A model generated the notes under the pieces. It was not told the origin of the DNA, searched no databases, and saw only the letters and a list, made by a program, of their open reading frames with translations. 64,000 bases of DNA, taken from contig NC_134035.1 of the NCBI RefSeq assembly GCF_964204645.1, positions 3,534,001 through 3,598,000 of the forward strand, written 5' to 3'. Positions within the stretch are counted from its first letter, which is position 1. Every line of letters starts with the position of its first letter. The translations under genes were made by a program, and so were the position numbers. This document shows positions 33,563-46,678 of the stretch, one piece after another. Source of the stretch: Tubulanus polymorphus (lineage: Eukaryota > Animalia > Nemertea).

Positions 33563-36339
33563 TGAAACTCGAATCATGAGTCGGTTTCGTGTGTGCGGGA
33601 AAATTCTACGAGATGTATTAAGAGAGAGACGAGATGTGAGCCGGTCCCTGTCAGGTTGAAATGCATTATTCATTAAACACGAGCATAATTAATATGCGCT
33701 GCATTTAATAGGTTGTATTAGACAAATTGCACATTTAAACCCCGCACCCGACGTAATTGTTTTAATTGGGCTGATTTATGCAGTGGCTTGCTAGTGGCGC
33801 TGAGTGTATGTTGTGCCAGTCGGCGGCGGGCGGCGGTGCGCACAGCGGCGGCGGCGGCCTACGCTAGTAAGAAACAATTTTCATTCAGTCGAAATGAAGC
33901 CCCGACCAAACGAAAATGAATTATGTTATGCACGTTTGGCGAGAACGTAATTACGGTAATTATTCATCGCGCGCGAATCATGTTCGGACGCTCGGAGCTT
34001 CTTCTTCCACACGAACGTCATACGGATATAGGGCGCGGTACCACGTAAAAACCCGATTCGCTATGGCTGCCTCCAGGCTATCAGCGCACCGCACATACCG
34101 TCCACGCTTACGTGATGGCGAAAGTCGCCCGTGACCTTTTCAAATCAGTTAGCCGTCTGCGCTTGACGGCCAATGTGACGTCAACTGAATACCGGTGACA
34201 ATTGGTGAAACTCTATTCCGTATTGTAACGACATATAAAACAAGAAAACTAACTTGTAAGTGTATTGACGCTTTGAACAACAACAAACATATTGATTAAT
34301 ACTGAAAAAAAGATAATATTGATTATATACACATGTAATACCGAGGATCAATAAAATTATTTTAGATTTGAATATATCAATATTGAATTGAATTGACCGG
34401 CAACCAGTCTAACTCCGATGTATGAGATTGATGACGTAGCATTCGTTCAGTCATTCAACACGAACGTTAAATCGCGGCTTTTGAGTCTAAGACCATCCTA
34501 GTTACGTAGCCAATCTGATGAATTATGACCGGTCTTACGATTTTAGACTACTTCGGACATAAATCGCGGGACTTAACCATCGCTTTTAGGTTGTGTAACG
34601 TAAATCCCTTATCGTCACTAATATCAATCATTTGCCGATCGATACGGTGTAGCCAAGTAGACATGTAAACTGTTATCCTTTTGCTTACTTCAGTCACATT
34701 CGATTCATCGTATGACTTTTTTACTGAATAAAGTTTTGAAAACATTCTTAGTAAAAGTACGCGGTTGCAATGGGCCTTTATTCGTTTTATGTGCGCGATC
34801 ATAGTAAACAACAACTTAGGACAGATTTTTTTGTTGATCGGCCGCACGGAAAATTCTTTTTGCGACACCCCTCGAGGTGGAGCATATTATGCCGACGAAT
34901 CACTTATCCAGTGGCACCGTCTGGTGGGCTCAATCCTCTCCATGAGCTCTGTCTAGCGGGACAAATTCAATTCAAATTCAGTTCAATTCAATACAATACA
35001 GTTAATACTTTATTGCTTTCTCGAAACATTACATCAGTTTTCGCACTCCTCGTGGCTGATATTTTATCCGAATATAATAAACCCGGAACAAAAACCTTTG
35101 AACCGTTTGATCTTCGTTGAGGCATTAAATTTCTTTCCTAGTAATTCTATTTTAACCTAGTATATTTCTACATTTTAGTCGTCGAATGAACAATAACCAG
35201 TGTATCCTTTCAGTGATAAATTCTATCATATGAAATTCAATTGTGGGACATTGATATTTCTCCATGTCTACCGCAGCTATAATTATTGGAAATCTTAGTC
35301 CATTTATTAACACCTTGATGGTCTGAAGAGAGCGTTCGAATTTGATTTTAATTTTCAAATAATGATATTCGTTTTTTATCTTTTAAGCTGCTCATCTATG
35401 CTGGTTCTATTAAAACCTATATCAGGTATGTACTTCCAAAACTGTTCTGCGCCACCGTCCTCAGCAAAAGCTGAAATCCATATTCGAGTCAATTTATTTT
35501 TAAAGCTTTTTGTGTAAACTTCAAGAACGGACAATAATTGGTTGCGTATGGATCGTTTAACTTTCCATTCAAAACATTTTTTTCGTACAATATCGTGCAT
35601 ATAGAACTCTATAACTTCTCAAGGCGTCGCAGGATATTTCTTCTAGAAATTGACCTCGTTAGTTTTTGTGTCATCACGTCTAGGACTCATCTTGTTTCTT
35701 ATAACCTTCGCCGTCTCGTACTGTGTATATTTTGCCCTATAAATCTTTATTGGAAGTTTGTACTAGATATCCCCTTCAATAAACAAAACCATCGAATGAT
35801 ACCCGCACAGATGTTCCCAATCTAAAGACAGCTGAACCAAGCATAATGCGACACCGATCGGTTTCGTGCATTCCGACAGCGACTAGAACAAATCGCCTCC
35901 GGCCTCGTGAAGCAACTTCGGTTTAACACCGCTGTTTAGTCAGCAAGACGTTAGTCATGTAAAATTTGTCAACCGCGTGCGGAAATTCGACTAACGTCAA
36001 GCGACCTGCTGCCAATCTTTTATCGGATGCATCTCGTGTTGTTTTAAGTTCGTGCGTAGAACCCTATACGTATTCACCACTCATTTACCCGATGAAGCTA
36101 CTGTTCATCAGTAGCGAAAGTTCATATCTTAAAATGAAACTAGTTAACCTATAAAGTACTGCCTCTCTACGTTTTACTGATTCGTATCCATAATGAGAAT
36201 AATAATAATAATAACTAATAAATGATGATAATAATATTAATAAATAATAATGATAATAAAAGTGATAATATATTTTCGTACATTTTCGTACAGTGCGGTT
36301 AAACAAGTTTAGAAATCTGTTATCAGATTCGGGAGTGCA

Positions 36340-36444
36340 AAAATCCGGTTCGAAGTTCATTGAAAATGAACCAATTTTGACAACGGACGACCTTCTGCTC
36401 GTCACGCCGTCTGGTGGAAAAGCTGGTTTTGCGGGTTCCCCATT
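36340..36444 (+). repeat. Dispersed repeat with inverted copy at 61142..61250
   Basis: ttttgacaacgga.gacct.ctg.tcgtcacgcc.tctg.tggaa.agctggttttgcgggttccccattt versus its reverse complement at 61142. Confidence 0.85.
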
Positions 36445-39044
36445 TGAATAATATTACGTATGCGAATCTTCTACAGATCGAGTTCGATGGTGGTTGAATT
36501 CAGTAATGCCATAGTAAATAGAAAATATTAAGCCTACGGACAAATATCGTCATTTTTAGGCTAAAAAAATTGATACAAACAAGGTATCATTTTTGTTTAG
36601 CCTTATCTTCAAAACCTAAGAGATAATACTTGAAATTAGACTTTAGAATGCTCCATATGAAATCAAGGACAGATTGTTGCGATGAAAATAGCGAAGCTGT
36701 AAAACGACCAAAAAGGAGAACATAGCTAACAATACTTCAACTGGATAGCGCGGAATCCGCGCGTTTATCCTAATAGGGGCGGCTCCGAGAATATGAAAAT
36801 CACGGCATCTCTATCTAGCTAGGATTTCTAACGCTACGGCCCGAGATGATATTCTTCTTTCACGCGCGCGTCTATCGAATATCAATTACATTTTCAAAAA
36901 GATAAATTGAGAAAAACTCAGACAAGGCGATTAGGTAGAGGCGATCACCGATTCCGTTGTACGACTCTCGTCGATAATTTAAAAATGTCGTCGCCCGGCG
37001 GGTCGTCTATTCGACAGGCTGTGCGTATATACCTATGATAAAGCACCAGTTGACTCGATTTATCATATCTGTCGGTGGTGTTTCGCCCACGGCTAATTAA
37101 AAAGGCGACGACCACCAAGATTCTAGGAGGACAGTGCTGAGATTTCGTTTTCGGCTGTTTTTCACAAACATCCTCGAAACGCTTCGGAACACATTCTAAC
37201 ACTGGCGCGTTTAGGTCGTCTCGTCGAGTGTGGTCAATAGCAATCTCCATACATATTGTTGCTACCGATACCTTTCAATCCCATTTTCCGTTGTCTCGTC
37301 GTGACGCAATTATATACATTACCGGATGGCAGACAATAAAGATGAAAAATAGTCGAAAAACCTTTTAAAATGATCATACTTAAAAGCCTTTTAAAATGAT
37401 GATACTTTTATTATGAAGTGGACTAATAACAATATCGATTACATATACATATATACATACATAAAACCCGGGTTTTTAGTATGGTTAAGTAATTGATGGT
37501 CTTACATTACGTTGAATATTTTTCTATATATTTCCCTTAACCTTTTGTCATTTTGATGTATAGATAACGCGGTAAAGATAGAATATTTGGCTTGAGTATT
37601 GGTATTAATGATATCTAAAAAAAATTCGGTAGTTAAATTCGCTAGATAGATCTTGTCTATTTTTGCGCATCACGTAGAGCTTCCGTCTGCTGGTTCCACA
37701 GTTCCGAGTTAAAATTCATCTCATGGTGAACTCGAACTCATAACTGCGGAACCGGGTTGTGATGTATCAGATGTATTCATGTGGATATTTAGAAACGAAC
37801 ACGTATCCAAGTTGGTCACGCTTATCCTACGCTTAAGACCAATCCTCAGCGATTCGGCCAATACTGACGTATGGTAGCTTCACACCAGGGTAAATAAGTC
37901 TCATTTCCTGATGAAGCTGCTACACATTAGTATTTCATTGTCACCTTGAGTTTGTCAATTTTGAGTTAAGGTAAGATTATTCAACGGCCCTAATATGGCG
38001 AATAGATATTATGTAATATTATATTATTTCTAAGAAATCACGTACATTTGGTAATATCAAGGTAACCGTTATAATATTCTCAATATAGCGCACGTACACG
38101 ATGAATCAGTGTTGTTGAATAATCTTAACTTAACCTTTACTTCATCGACAAACTCGAGTTCGGGATAGTAATGGCAATCCAATCTCGTGAGTGCAGTTTG
38201 GTAAAATAACGATCGAAATTAACGATGAAAAAACACAATGAATTTTTGAGTGGCGGCAAATTGAATATTAAATTTCACAATATGGAGCACGTGCACAATA
38301 AATACGTCTGGGCCGTTGAATAATCGTAACCTTAACCAACTCAAGGTTACAATGATAGTAATGGCAATCATGGGTGCAGTGGAATAGTAACAATCGAAAT
38401 CAAAAAAAGAGAAAAAAAAACCATAATCGCGATATTTTGATTTGGTGCCAAATGAGTAAGTAGTTGTAAGTTCAGTCTCTGAATTGACTGAAAATATGAC
38501 CTAGGAACGCTCCCCCTGTTATACTCCAGATACTTTCATTAATCAGCATCGCTCGTCTTCGTCGATGGAGTTTAATTAATTGGAAATTAACTCGGTCTTC
38601 TAAAGTTCAATCCAGCTCGCAGCAGCGGCTCGTGGTTCCTGTAATTCATTTTATGAATTGCGCATATCATTCGGTCGCGCTGAATCGTGTAATTTCGACA
38701 ACGCGTGGGTGACACCTATGACAGATATGATTTAGCGTCTCGGATTCGACGATAATTTCGTTCGCCATTTCGGCATTCGGTAAATACGAGTGTAATATTG
38801 AAATTATGGGTTTCCGATTACGAAGAGGGAAAAGCGAGAAAACTGCGCTAACGTTTGGAATACAAGTATATATGAACCTTTTCATCGCATTCGATACCTT
38901 TGATTTAACCTTATGAAAAAGAACGATAAAATCGTTAGACACCTCGTTGTTATCGCGATTGATAAAATACTATGGATCCGTGTTGAAGCGATGTGGAGAG
39001 AATTCCATAATAATGACGAAAAAACAGTCCGAAAATGTAACTGA

Positions 39045-39440
39045 AGCTAGTAGTTTATTCAACGTTTCGAATATATTCTAACAGTCATCTTCAGGAATAC
39101 TGTATTCCTTGAGCTAGTGTAGTTTATTCATCATTTCGACCATATTCTAATAGTCATCTTCAGGAATACTGTATTCCTTGAGCTGGTAATTCATTCAACG
39201 TTTCGACTATATTCTAAAAGTCATCTTCAGGAATACTGTATTCCTTGAGCTAGTGTAGTTTATTCATCATTTCGACCATATTCTAATAGTCATCTTCAGG
39301 AATACTGTTTTCCTTGAGCTAGTGTAGTTTATTCAACGTTTCGACTATATTCTAACAGTCATCTTCAGGAATACTGTATTCCTTGAGCTAGTAGTTTAGT
39401 CAACATTTCGACTGTATTCTAATCGTCATCTTCGGGAATA
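39045..39440 (-). repeat. Third array of the 67-69-bp hammerhead-motif repeat (6 units, 5 with CUGAAGA)
   Basis: Same unit, same orientation as the other two arrays. Confidence 0.93.
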
Positions 39441-41359
39441 ATTCTCTCTACACCTTGTTGTATTACACCTTCTCGGAGCCACGGCTGATTTTGATTCTTT
39501 TCGACAGACTGGTGATCGCCGCCGCCTCATAAATTATGTTCCTTCGATATATCTGTCGACGCGAGAAAAAGTCGCTCGTCGATACCTTTCACTCGGCTGG
39601 CGGTGCGCTAAATCACACTCGGACACGGCGACCAGTCTTATCCGCTTATCGACTATCTGTTTACCTGCTGGGACTTGTCATCGATCATGACTTATTTCGT
39701 CTGAAAAATTGCCTTGTCGTTCGTTTTTCGAGGCCATTTGCCCTTTCCGTTCCGCCGTGGTCGCGCGAACTTTTCTGATTTTCTGTATCTAACGCGGGAT
39801 GTGTATTACCTACCGGAGACTCCCTTAGAAGAATTTCTGGTTCGACGATGTCCTGAAAAATAAAAAGGTCCGATTATAATTATTAGAATATCAACCACGC
39901 GCTAGCGATAGATTCTTTATATTTGCTGACGTAAATCGGGCGTCAGGCTTTTTAAAGTTTGCTCACTCCGCGTGATCCATTACGAGGTGGATCTATCAAA
40001 CTTACGGTAGCCTTCTGTTGACTCTATTTCAACCAACTGATTTGAAATCCAACGTAATTCGGTATTGGGTGCGTCGGTTTCTTTTTTTCGTTTTAATTTG
40101 CTCGCTACCATATCGTAATATCGATTTCGAGTACAGCAAGTGCATCAGCGATCTTCAATGGGTTGCGGCAAAACCGATCGTAGAATTAGAGAGAGAGAGA
40201 GAGAGTGAGAGTGAGAGAGAGAGGGAAATAGTGAGACATGATACCCGTGCAAGAAAGTCCTTCGGCTTTTCCTATAATGTGTTTGCTAATGATTTCGATG
40301 CATCCAGCGTCCATTAGCGTAAAAATAAACATCAATACGATTAATTATTCAACGCGAAAGTAATTGGGTTGCCAAAAGTCTCAGACATAGAAACGCGCGG
40401 GCATTCGCCGCGGAATTGAATTGGGGACGATACGGATCCCGGCCCCTTGATAACCGCTATAACCGACTGAAAGCAGTGCTTAATTGTCAACCCTGATACA
40501 TCCCACGACCGCTAGTCAATTTTCCAGTAAATCAGCCGCGGCGATAGTTCCTTTGACATCATTTAACGCCCTTTCTTTATGGTATAGAGGAAAGGTGTTG
40601 ATGAATGTAGAAATAACCTATTCATAGAAATGTTTTTTTTCAAGTCAGATCGGACGTTAAAAACTACTTATTTTCCCGCTGTTGGTTCTTTCACTATCAG
40701 TAGACCTCTTTCTCTATGGGCCGGTTCCATATAGTCGGTTCCTAAACTGCGAACATGGTCTTAGATCTTAGACTGGTCTTAAGTTGTTAGCTTGGTTATG
40801 GAGATAAGATGGTCTTAAGATCTGACAACGGAACAATGTTTTTGATATATAAAAGAGGATCCGAAATGTTCGCCATGGCAATTTTGTTAACTACTGACAT
40901 CCAGAAGAATATTTTGAAGTCTTTTAACACGAAACCAATTTTTGTCCAATTAAGAAAGGTATCAATGCTTTTGAATTCATGTCATTCGCCGATATCATTC
41001 AATTCAATTAGATATAGTTTATTTCTCAATTTAAAGTAAATATAATCAGTACAGATATTAAAGTATATTCAATTACGATTATACAGTGACAAGATGGCTT
41101 TGAAGATGCAGCATAAATACAGACATTTACCTTCACCTACCAATCCAGATATACATGTAAACATACGTACATATTCGTATTAACGATTAGATTTCACACC
41201 TGTTTGTCCTATCTATATATTGATAAACCGTATTCGAATTTCTTCGCATTTGAAATTGTTTGCAAGGAATATAAGCTCCATCTATTTAAGAAATATGCAG
41301 GGAGGTAACGTTGCCTTATTTGGCTGTAAAAGTCGGACTCGAAGAAAACAATCATTCGA

Positions 41360-41581
41360 TCGTAGTGTCCCCGGACAAGACACTTATCCTCGCTGCCTCT
41401 TTCCACCCACGAGTAAATGGGTACCTGGTTTGATAGATGACTCCTGATCGGATGTTACTTCTGCCAAGGTAGAGATGACTGACAAATCGTTGGAATTATA
41501 GGCTGGGGGTAAAAATACCAAATTTTAAATGGACAACGCCGTTGAACACACACAATGCACCACAGTGAAAAGGCGCCATAT
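41360..41581 (+). mobile_element. SINE copy (5'-truncated), same family as 11020..11311
   Basis: gacacttatcctcgctgcctctttccacccacgagtaaatgggtacctgg...gatagatgactcctg...cagtgaaaaggcgccatat. Confidence 0.8.
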
Positions 41582-41610
41582 GGTAATTACAATTAATATA
41601 TATTGCTATT

Positions 41611-41996
41611 CAGTGGAACCTCGTTACAGCGAACTTCACGGGACCAGAAACGATAGTTCGTTATATCCAGTATGATATGCATCATCATCATCATCAATAT
41701 CACGGACTTATGGAGGCCTGTTGAGGCCTATTGGTGTCCGGCTCGTTTGGTAATTTACATAAATTTAGGTGATATTTAAAATATTTCTCAATGCTCATAG
41801 TTTGATCTGCACCTAGCCCATCTGTAAGATGGGCGTTAAATGTCCTTTAGATCAGTTAGAATGGTTGCCAAGTATTGTAACATTACATGACTAGTTAAAA
41901 ATATTGATTAATTCTTTTTACTCGGGACGAAAGTCTTTATTTATCATTATCCGACGAACCGTTGTATTCGAGTTCGTTATCACGAGGTTCCACCGG
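41611..41996. mobile_element. pogo/Tigger-like MITE
   Basis: cagtggaacctcgttacagcgaact ... agttcgttatcacgaggttccaccg. Confidence 0.7.
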
Positions 41997-42880
41997 TATT
42001 AATATCGCAACGGAGTCTCGTCCCCATCGCTTTGACGGTGTCGCCCTAATTAAACCATACACTCTGCGGCAAATATCGAAACGAACGTCTAGGGAGCGTC
42101 CAGAAGGACGGCTGTGGGTTGACGTCGTCTTCATTTACTGCACAAACTGAAAACAAATAGCCGACTCTCGTCGGGGCGACGGTGGCAAATATTATTGCCG
42201 TTTATGAGTTTCAACGACATCGCAACCGGTTCGTTACATTACGAAATATCAATATTAATTGGCAGCGACCCCGCCGAGCGTGAACCGCCGTATATTCGAT
42301 ACGTATACGATATTACGTACCACGAAGTCTCTCCGTTCATCAGCAGCGCGCTTTGATTCTTAATCAAGTGCAAATTTACACGATTTTTATCGGTGTGTTT
42401 ATTCCAGTTTATATAACGAATGCCTAACGAATGTTGGCATTTTTAAGACGTGGAAAAATCGACCCGGAACTATATACATTCAACTGAGGCGCCTTCGAGA
42501 TATTTCTCATTAATCGAAGTTTCGAATTTCGACTTTTTTTTCTTTTTATTTAATTCGTTTATATCGAAACTCTCTCGCTCGATTCGATATACGTTTTCTG
42601 AACATACGTTCATTCGCGCGTCGATGTAGGCGTGTGGACATTTTGTCGAGTTTATCCGTCGTCCGCCGTGGTTCGCGCGCCCAACGTACAATAGTGTACT
42701 GTTACAATCATAATCTGGCGCTCAGAAACTGGCCTCGTACGGCTTCCTGGCTGTTTATCGGTGTCGGTTAAAATCAAAATATGCAATTATGCGGCTTCCG
42801 CATTAAGCCGGGAACGAAAACACGGGTTTCTTATTGAAGTCAGACGTTCCATTTCTGTGTGATTTGTTGGATGGCGATTG

Positions 42881-43068
<188 letters not shown>

Positions 43069-43237
43069 CCCGGTGTCCATTGCTATTTGCTATTCAGTGT
43101 CTGAAATCGACACTCCTGTGGTCTGGCGTATGTTGCCGCGCTCGGCAATATGGCCGTGACCCATTCCAGAAAAAACCAGGTCATATTTTCTGATTAACGA
43201 GCCCGATTTCGCCTTAATCTTCTCAATTTCTCAACCG

Positions 43238-43273
43238 AGACAGAGGGAGAGAGTGAGAGAGAGGGAGAGAGAG
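43238..43273. repeat. (GA)n microsatellite (similar tracts at 40188..40225 and 61877..61925)
   Basis: Imperfect GA repeats. Confidence 0.85.
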
Positions 43274-46200
43274 AGAGCGAGAGAGTGAGAGAGCGGCGTT
43301 TATCTTCTTCTTATTATTGCTCTTCTTTCGAAGAGAATTCATTTGATATTCATGTTTTCCGCTCGTCGACACGCGCCTGATTGTTAAGGCTCGTTCGATC
43401 GGTAAAAATTGCGAATCGAATGCGTCATGCGCGCTGCCGGTGACAGTGTTATATCGTCCCCGTCTTCGCCTAGTCGTTTAAACGGCCGAATTAAAGCGCA
43501 ATTCTCTCCCGACCGAGCCCTGAGTATCAAGGGACAATACGTCGAGGCAGACGAACGCGTTGATTGATTTCGAACAACAATTTTACATCTAATTTTCCGG
43601 CCCGACGGTCCGCCGTGAAATTATAGCGCGCCATGTTCGCGGCGACGGCGGTGGCGGAGGCGATGATTTAAAACTATCATTTATATTCGAAAAGATTATC
43701 ATTGCCTGTGCCGCGTCGTCGTCGTCGTCGTCGTTTCGACACGGCGATGAAAAAGTGTCCGCGACGGCGGCTTTTCGGGAAGCGACGCTCGAAAAACGAC
43801 GAAATCATCGCTCAACGATTCATCAAAGCTTAGGTGATATGGAAATACCGCGCTCAGAGAGAACGAAGCTAGAAAACTAACTTGAAAGTTGATCGTCGCC
43901 TTGAAAATGAAACACATGTATTACTGAATATCACCGACCATAAATTATTTCATATTTTCTTCTTCTATGACATCACCAACGCCGCTGCATCACGATGTGA
44001 TGTACAAGGGACCTCAGATTATCGCGGTCTATAGTTAGTTCCTGCAGGAAAGTCATAGTCGAGGAAATTTCATACGAAATTATATAATATCAATGATCAA
44101 TAAAGTTAATTTTGATTTGAATATATCGATTATTGAATTGAATTGACCGGCAACCAGTCTAGCCACGACATATTGATGACGTAGTGCACATCCATCCTCT
44201 CGAAAAGATTTTTAGAATTTATCAAAACTGAAATATATGTCGGAAATATAGGTATTTCCAAAATAAACGCCATAATTGGCAATATTAGTTGTTACTTTGA
44301 ACAATTTTATATAAGTCGTAAGGTAACCCAAAGGGCGAAACATGCTTTCACGCTTTTCGTCGGCCTGACCTTAATACGACTATAACGACATAGAATCTAA
44401 TCGACATTCTGCTTAGATACTTTTATACCAATGCGTTTCGTGACTACGATGCGCACGACTACAATATACGTTACATAATTTCCCTTAGAAGAAAAAAAAA
44501 TAAGAACTTTAATGTAATAATATATATACTTCTGGTGTATATCGTGGAAGCCCGCGAGGCGATTAGAAACTCATCGATACGCGTATACACCGTTCGCCCC
44601 GCGCATTTTCAAAACGAACTTGCCATTTTTATTAATTAATATTGCGCAGCTCGACGACAAGAGTCACAGAGTCACATTGAAGGGTGTGCTTGTGATTTTC
44701 TTGCGCGAAATTTCTCGAATCGAACTGTATATCCCCCGGCGGCCGTGCAGCAAATTTAACTAAACAAAAGCGTCGTTGTTCCTGTATTCTTTTTGTCGTT
44801 GATCGTTCAGTAATGGAGAGCCACAAATTTCACCACAATTCAATACGTAGTTGTTTTGTTTACGGCCACACCCATCATAACTGTATGAAGAGATCCCATT
44901 ACCGTCTATTACCGTCTATTATTATATAAGCTTTTTAGCGTTCAAAACTATCGATTCGAAAGTGGATCTGATCGATTTCGAATTGAAAACTGCCGCTATT
45001 TGACATTTGTTAATCGGGTAAAATTACACGAAATTCAGTCGTTGGTTATTGTTTCTTTTTTTGTTGTTCGCATCGATCGCCTTAGAAAAATAATTCGCCG
45101 CTGCCGAAATCGTTATTGATATCCGCATTCAACCCGTGGCACTTTAACAGGTCACGGGCCCTTTTTATATATACAGATTACAAAGATTGAATCCATTAAA
45201 ACAAAACGGGTGTATTTATTGATAGCGAAATATTTTTACACTCTATAAACCCGTAACACGTAGTAACTTAGAACGTTGGTGCGGATAACGGCGACTTTTC
45301 CGGCAATATTCTGTTCAAATTCGCGCAGGGAAGCACCTAGAGCCGCGTAGTTTTGTTAGTCCTAGGTAGACAAGAAATTTTTGGAAAACTTGCGTGTACG
45401 AAATTTGCTAAACGCAGCTGGTCAAAGTTATCGTATATAGGTCTTGTGGCCCTGCGCCTTATCGACGTGACCGCACCATATTTGTTGGTAAATTCAGAAA
45501 GTTATCATACCCGTAGGACCCTCGACGTTTTCGAATACCTTGGATCCAGTTCCACATTTGTGAGTTAAGATTTCACTCAGAATCAACTAATTGAAAATGG
45601 GCGAATTTTAACTCTAACTCACAACACCGTGGATGAGCTGGATCTGATAGATATACTATGATGACACTCGCAAGACCTTTTAATAGGTTGGGCATAACAC
45701 GTATTGTTCACATGCCTCATGTACGTCCAATGGCCACATTTTAACTTCTGTTAGCCGCTGGACACGGGCAAATGACGGTCAATATATAACGTCACTCATA
45801 GCGTAATCTTTTCTCAATCTTTGTTTTTCGTGAATTTTTTTGTCTCATACGATACCGTTTTGTAAACGTATTGCTATGACGTTTTAAATTGTAAAATCCT
45901 AATATTGTCAATAATAAAGATTGAATTTGATTCGATTGAATCTAATTGAATCGTCACGTGAATGAGGCCTGTAATGAGGTCTATAGGCAAATGAAAATGT
46001 CAGCGGTTGATCGCTGTATGAATGATTAGCAAGCGCTCGTAGAAACATCAACCGAGTCTTTGACTTTTGACTCATTTTCTTCTTTCATTCGCCGCCTCCG
46101 TCTCACGAGCAGTCGGTGTGTGCACACAGAAGTTACGCCGTTTGACTGACGTCGATGGCCGCGAAATCGCGTATCATTGTAAATTAATGTCACACAGGAA

Positions 46201-46530
46201 CGGCAACGAGCTCAATTTTAAATCATCCTGCGAAATACTCGAATAGACAGTTTCGACTTCGCCGTTTATTTCCGACGGCATAGCTCTAGTACATTATTGA
46301 TGCGTACGAGCTTCAGAAAAATAGGCGATATTTATTAGACTCTCTCTCTCAATCTCGATATGGAAAACATGATGATATAGCCTTGCGTAACAGGTCTTGA
46401 TACGAATCAACAAGCACTATCGGCTCGGCTAGATAAAATGTCTCTTAACAGACAATTCCACACTCAACTGATATACAAATTTGTGAAATGTTTAAAACCC
46501 GATGACTATTGGCATAAAACGAGTCTTAAA

Positions 46531-46678
46531 TCCCAAATTATGTACTTCGATTTTAGCAAAATATTCCGTAAATTCGACCGCCGATCGCGCAACTATATAT
46601 GTACTTCGAGATTTCCCATTACAGAATCAAAACCCCTGTTTCGTTCCCGGCAGGTGTGGTGGGTTTGTAAGGGACACT
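46531..46678 (+). repeat. Dispersed repeat (copy at 51662..51812)
   Basis: aattatgt..ttcgattt.agcaaaa...ttcgaccgccgatc...cccggcaggtgtggtgggtttg..taagggacac. Confidence 0.85.
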
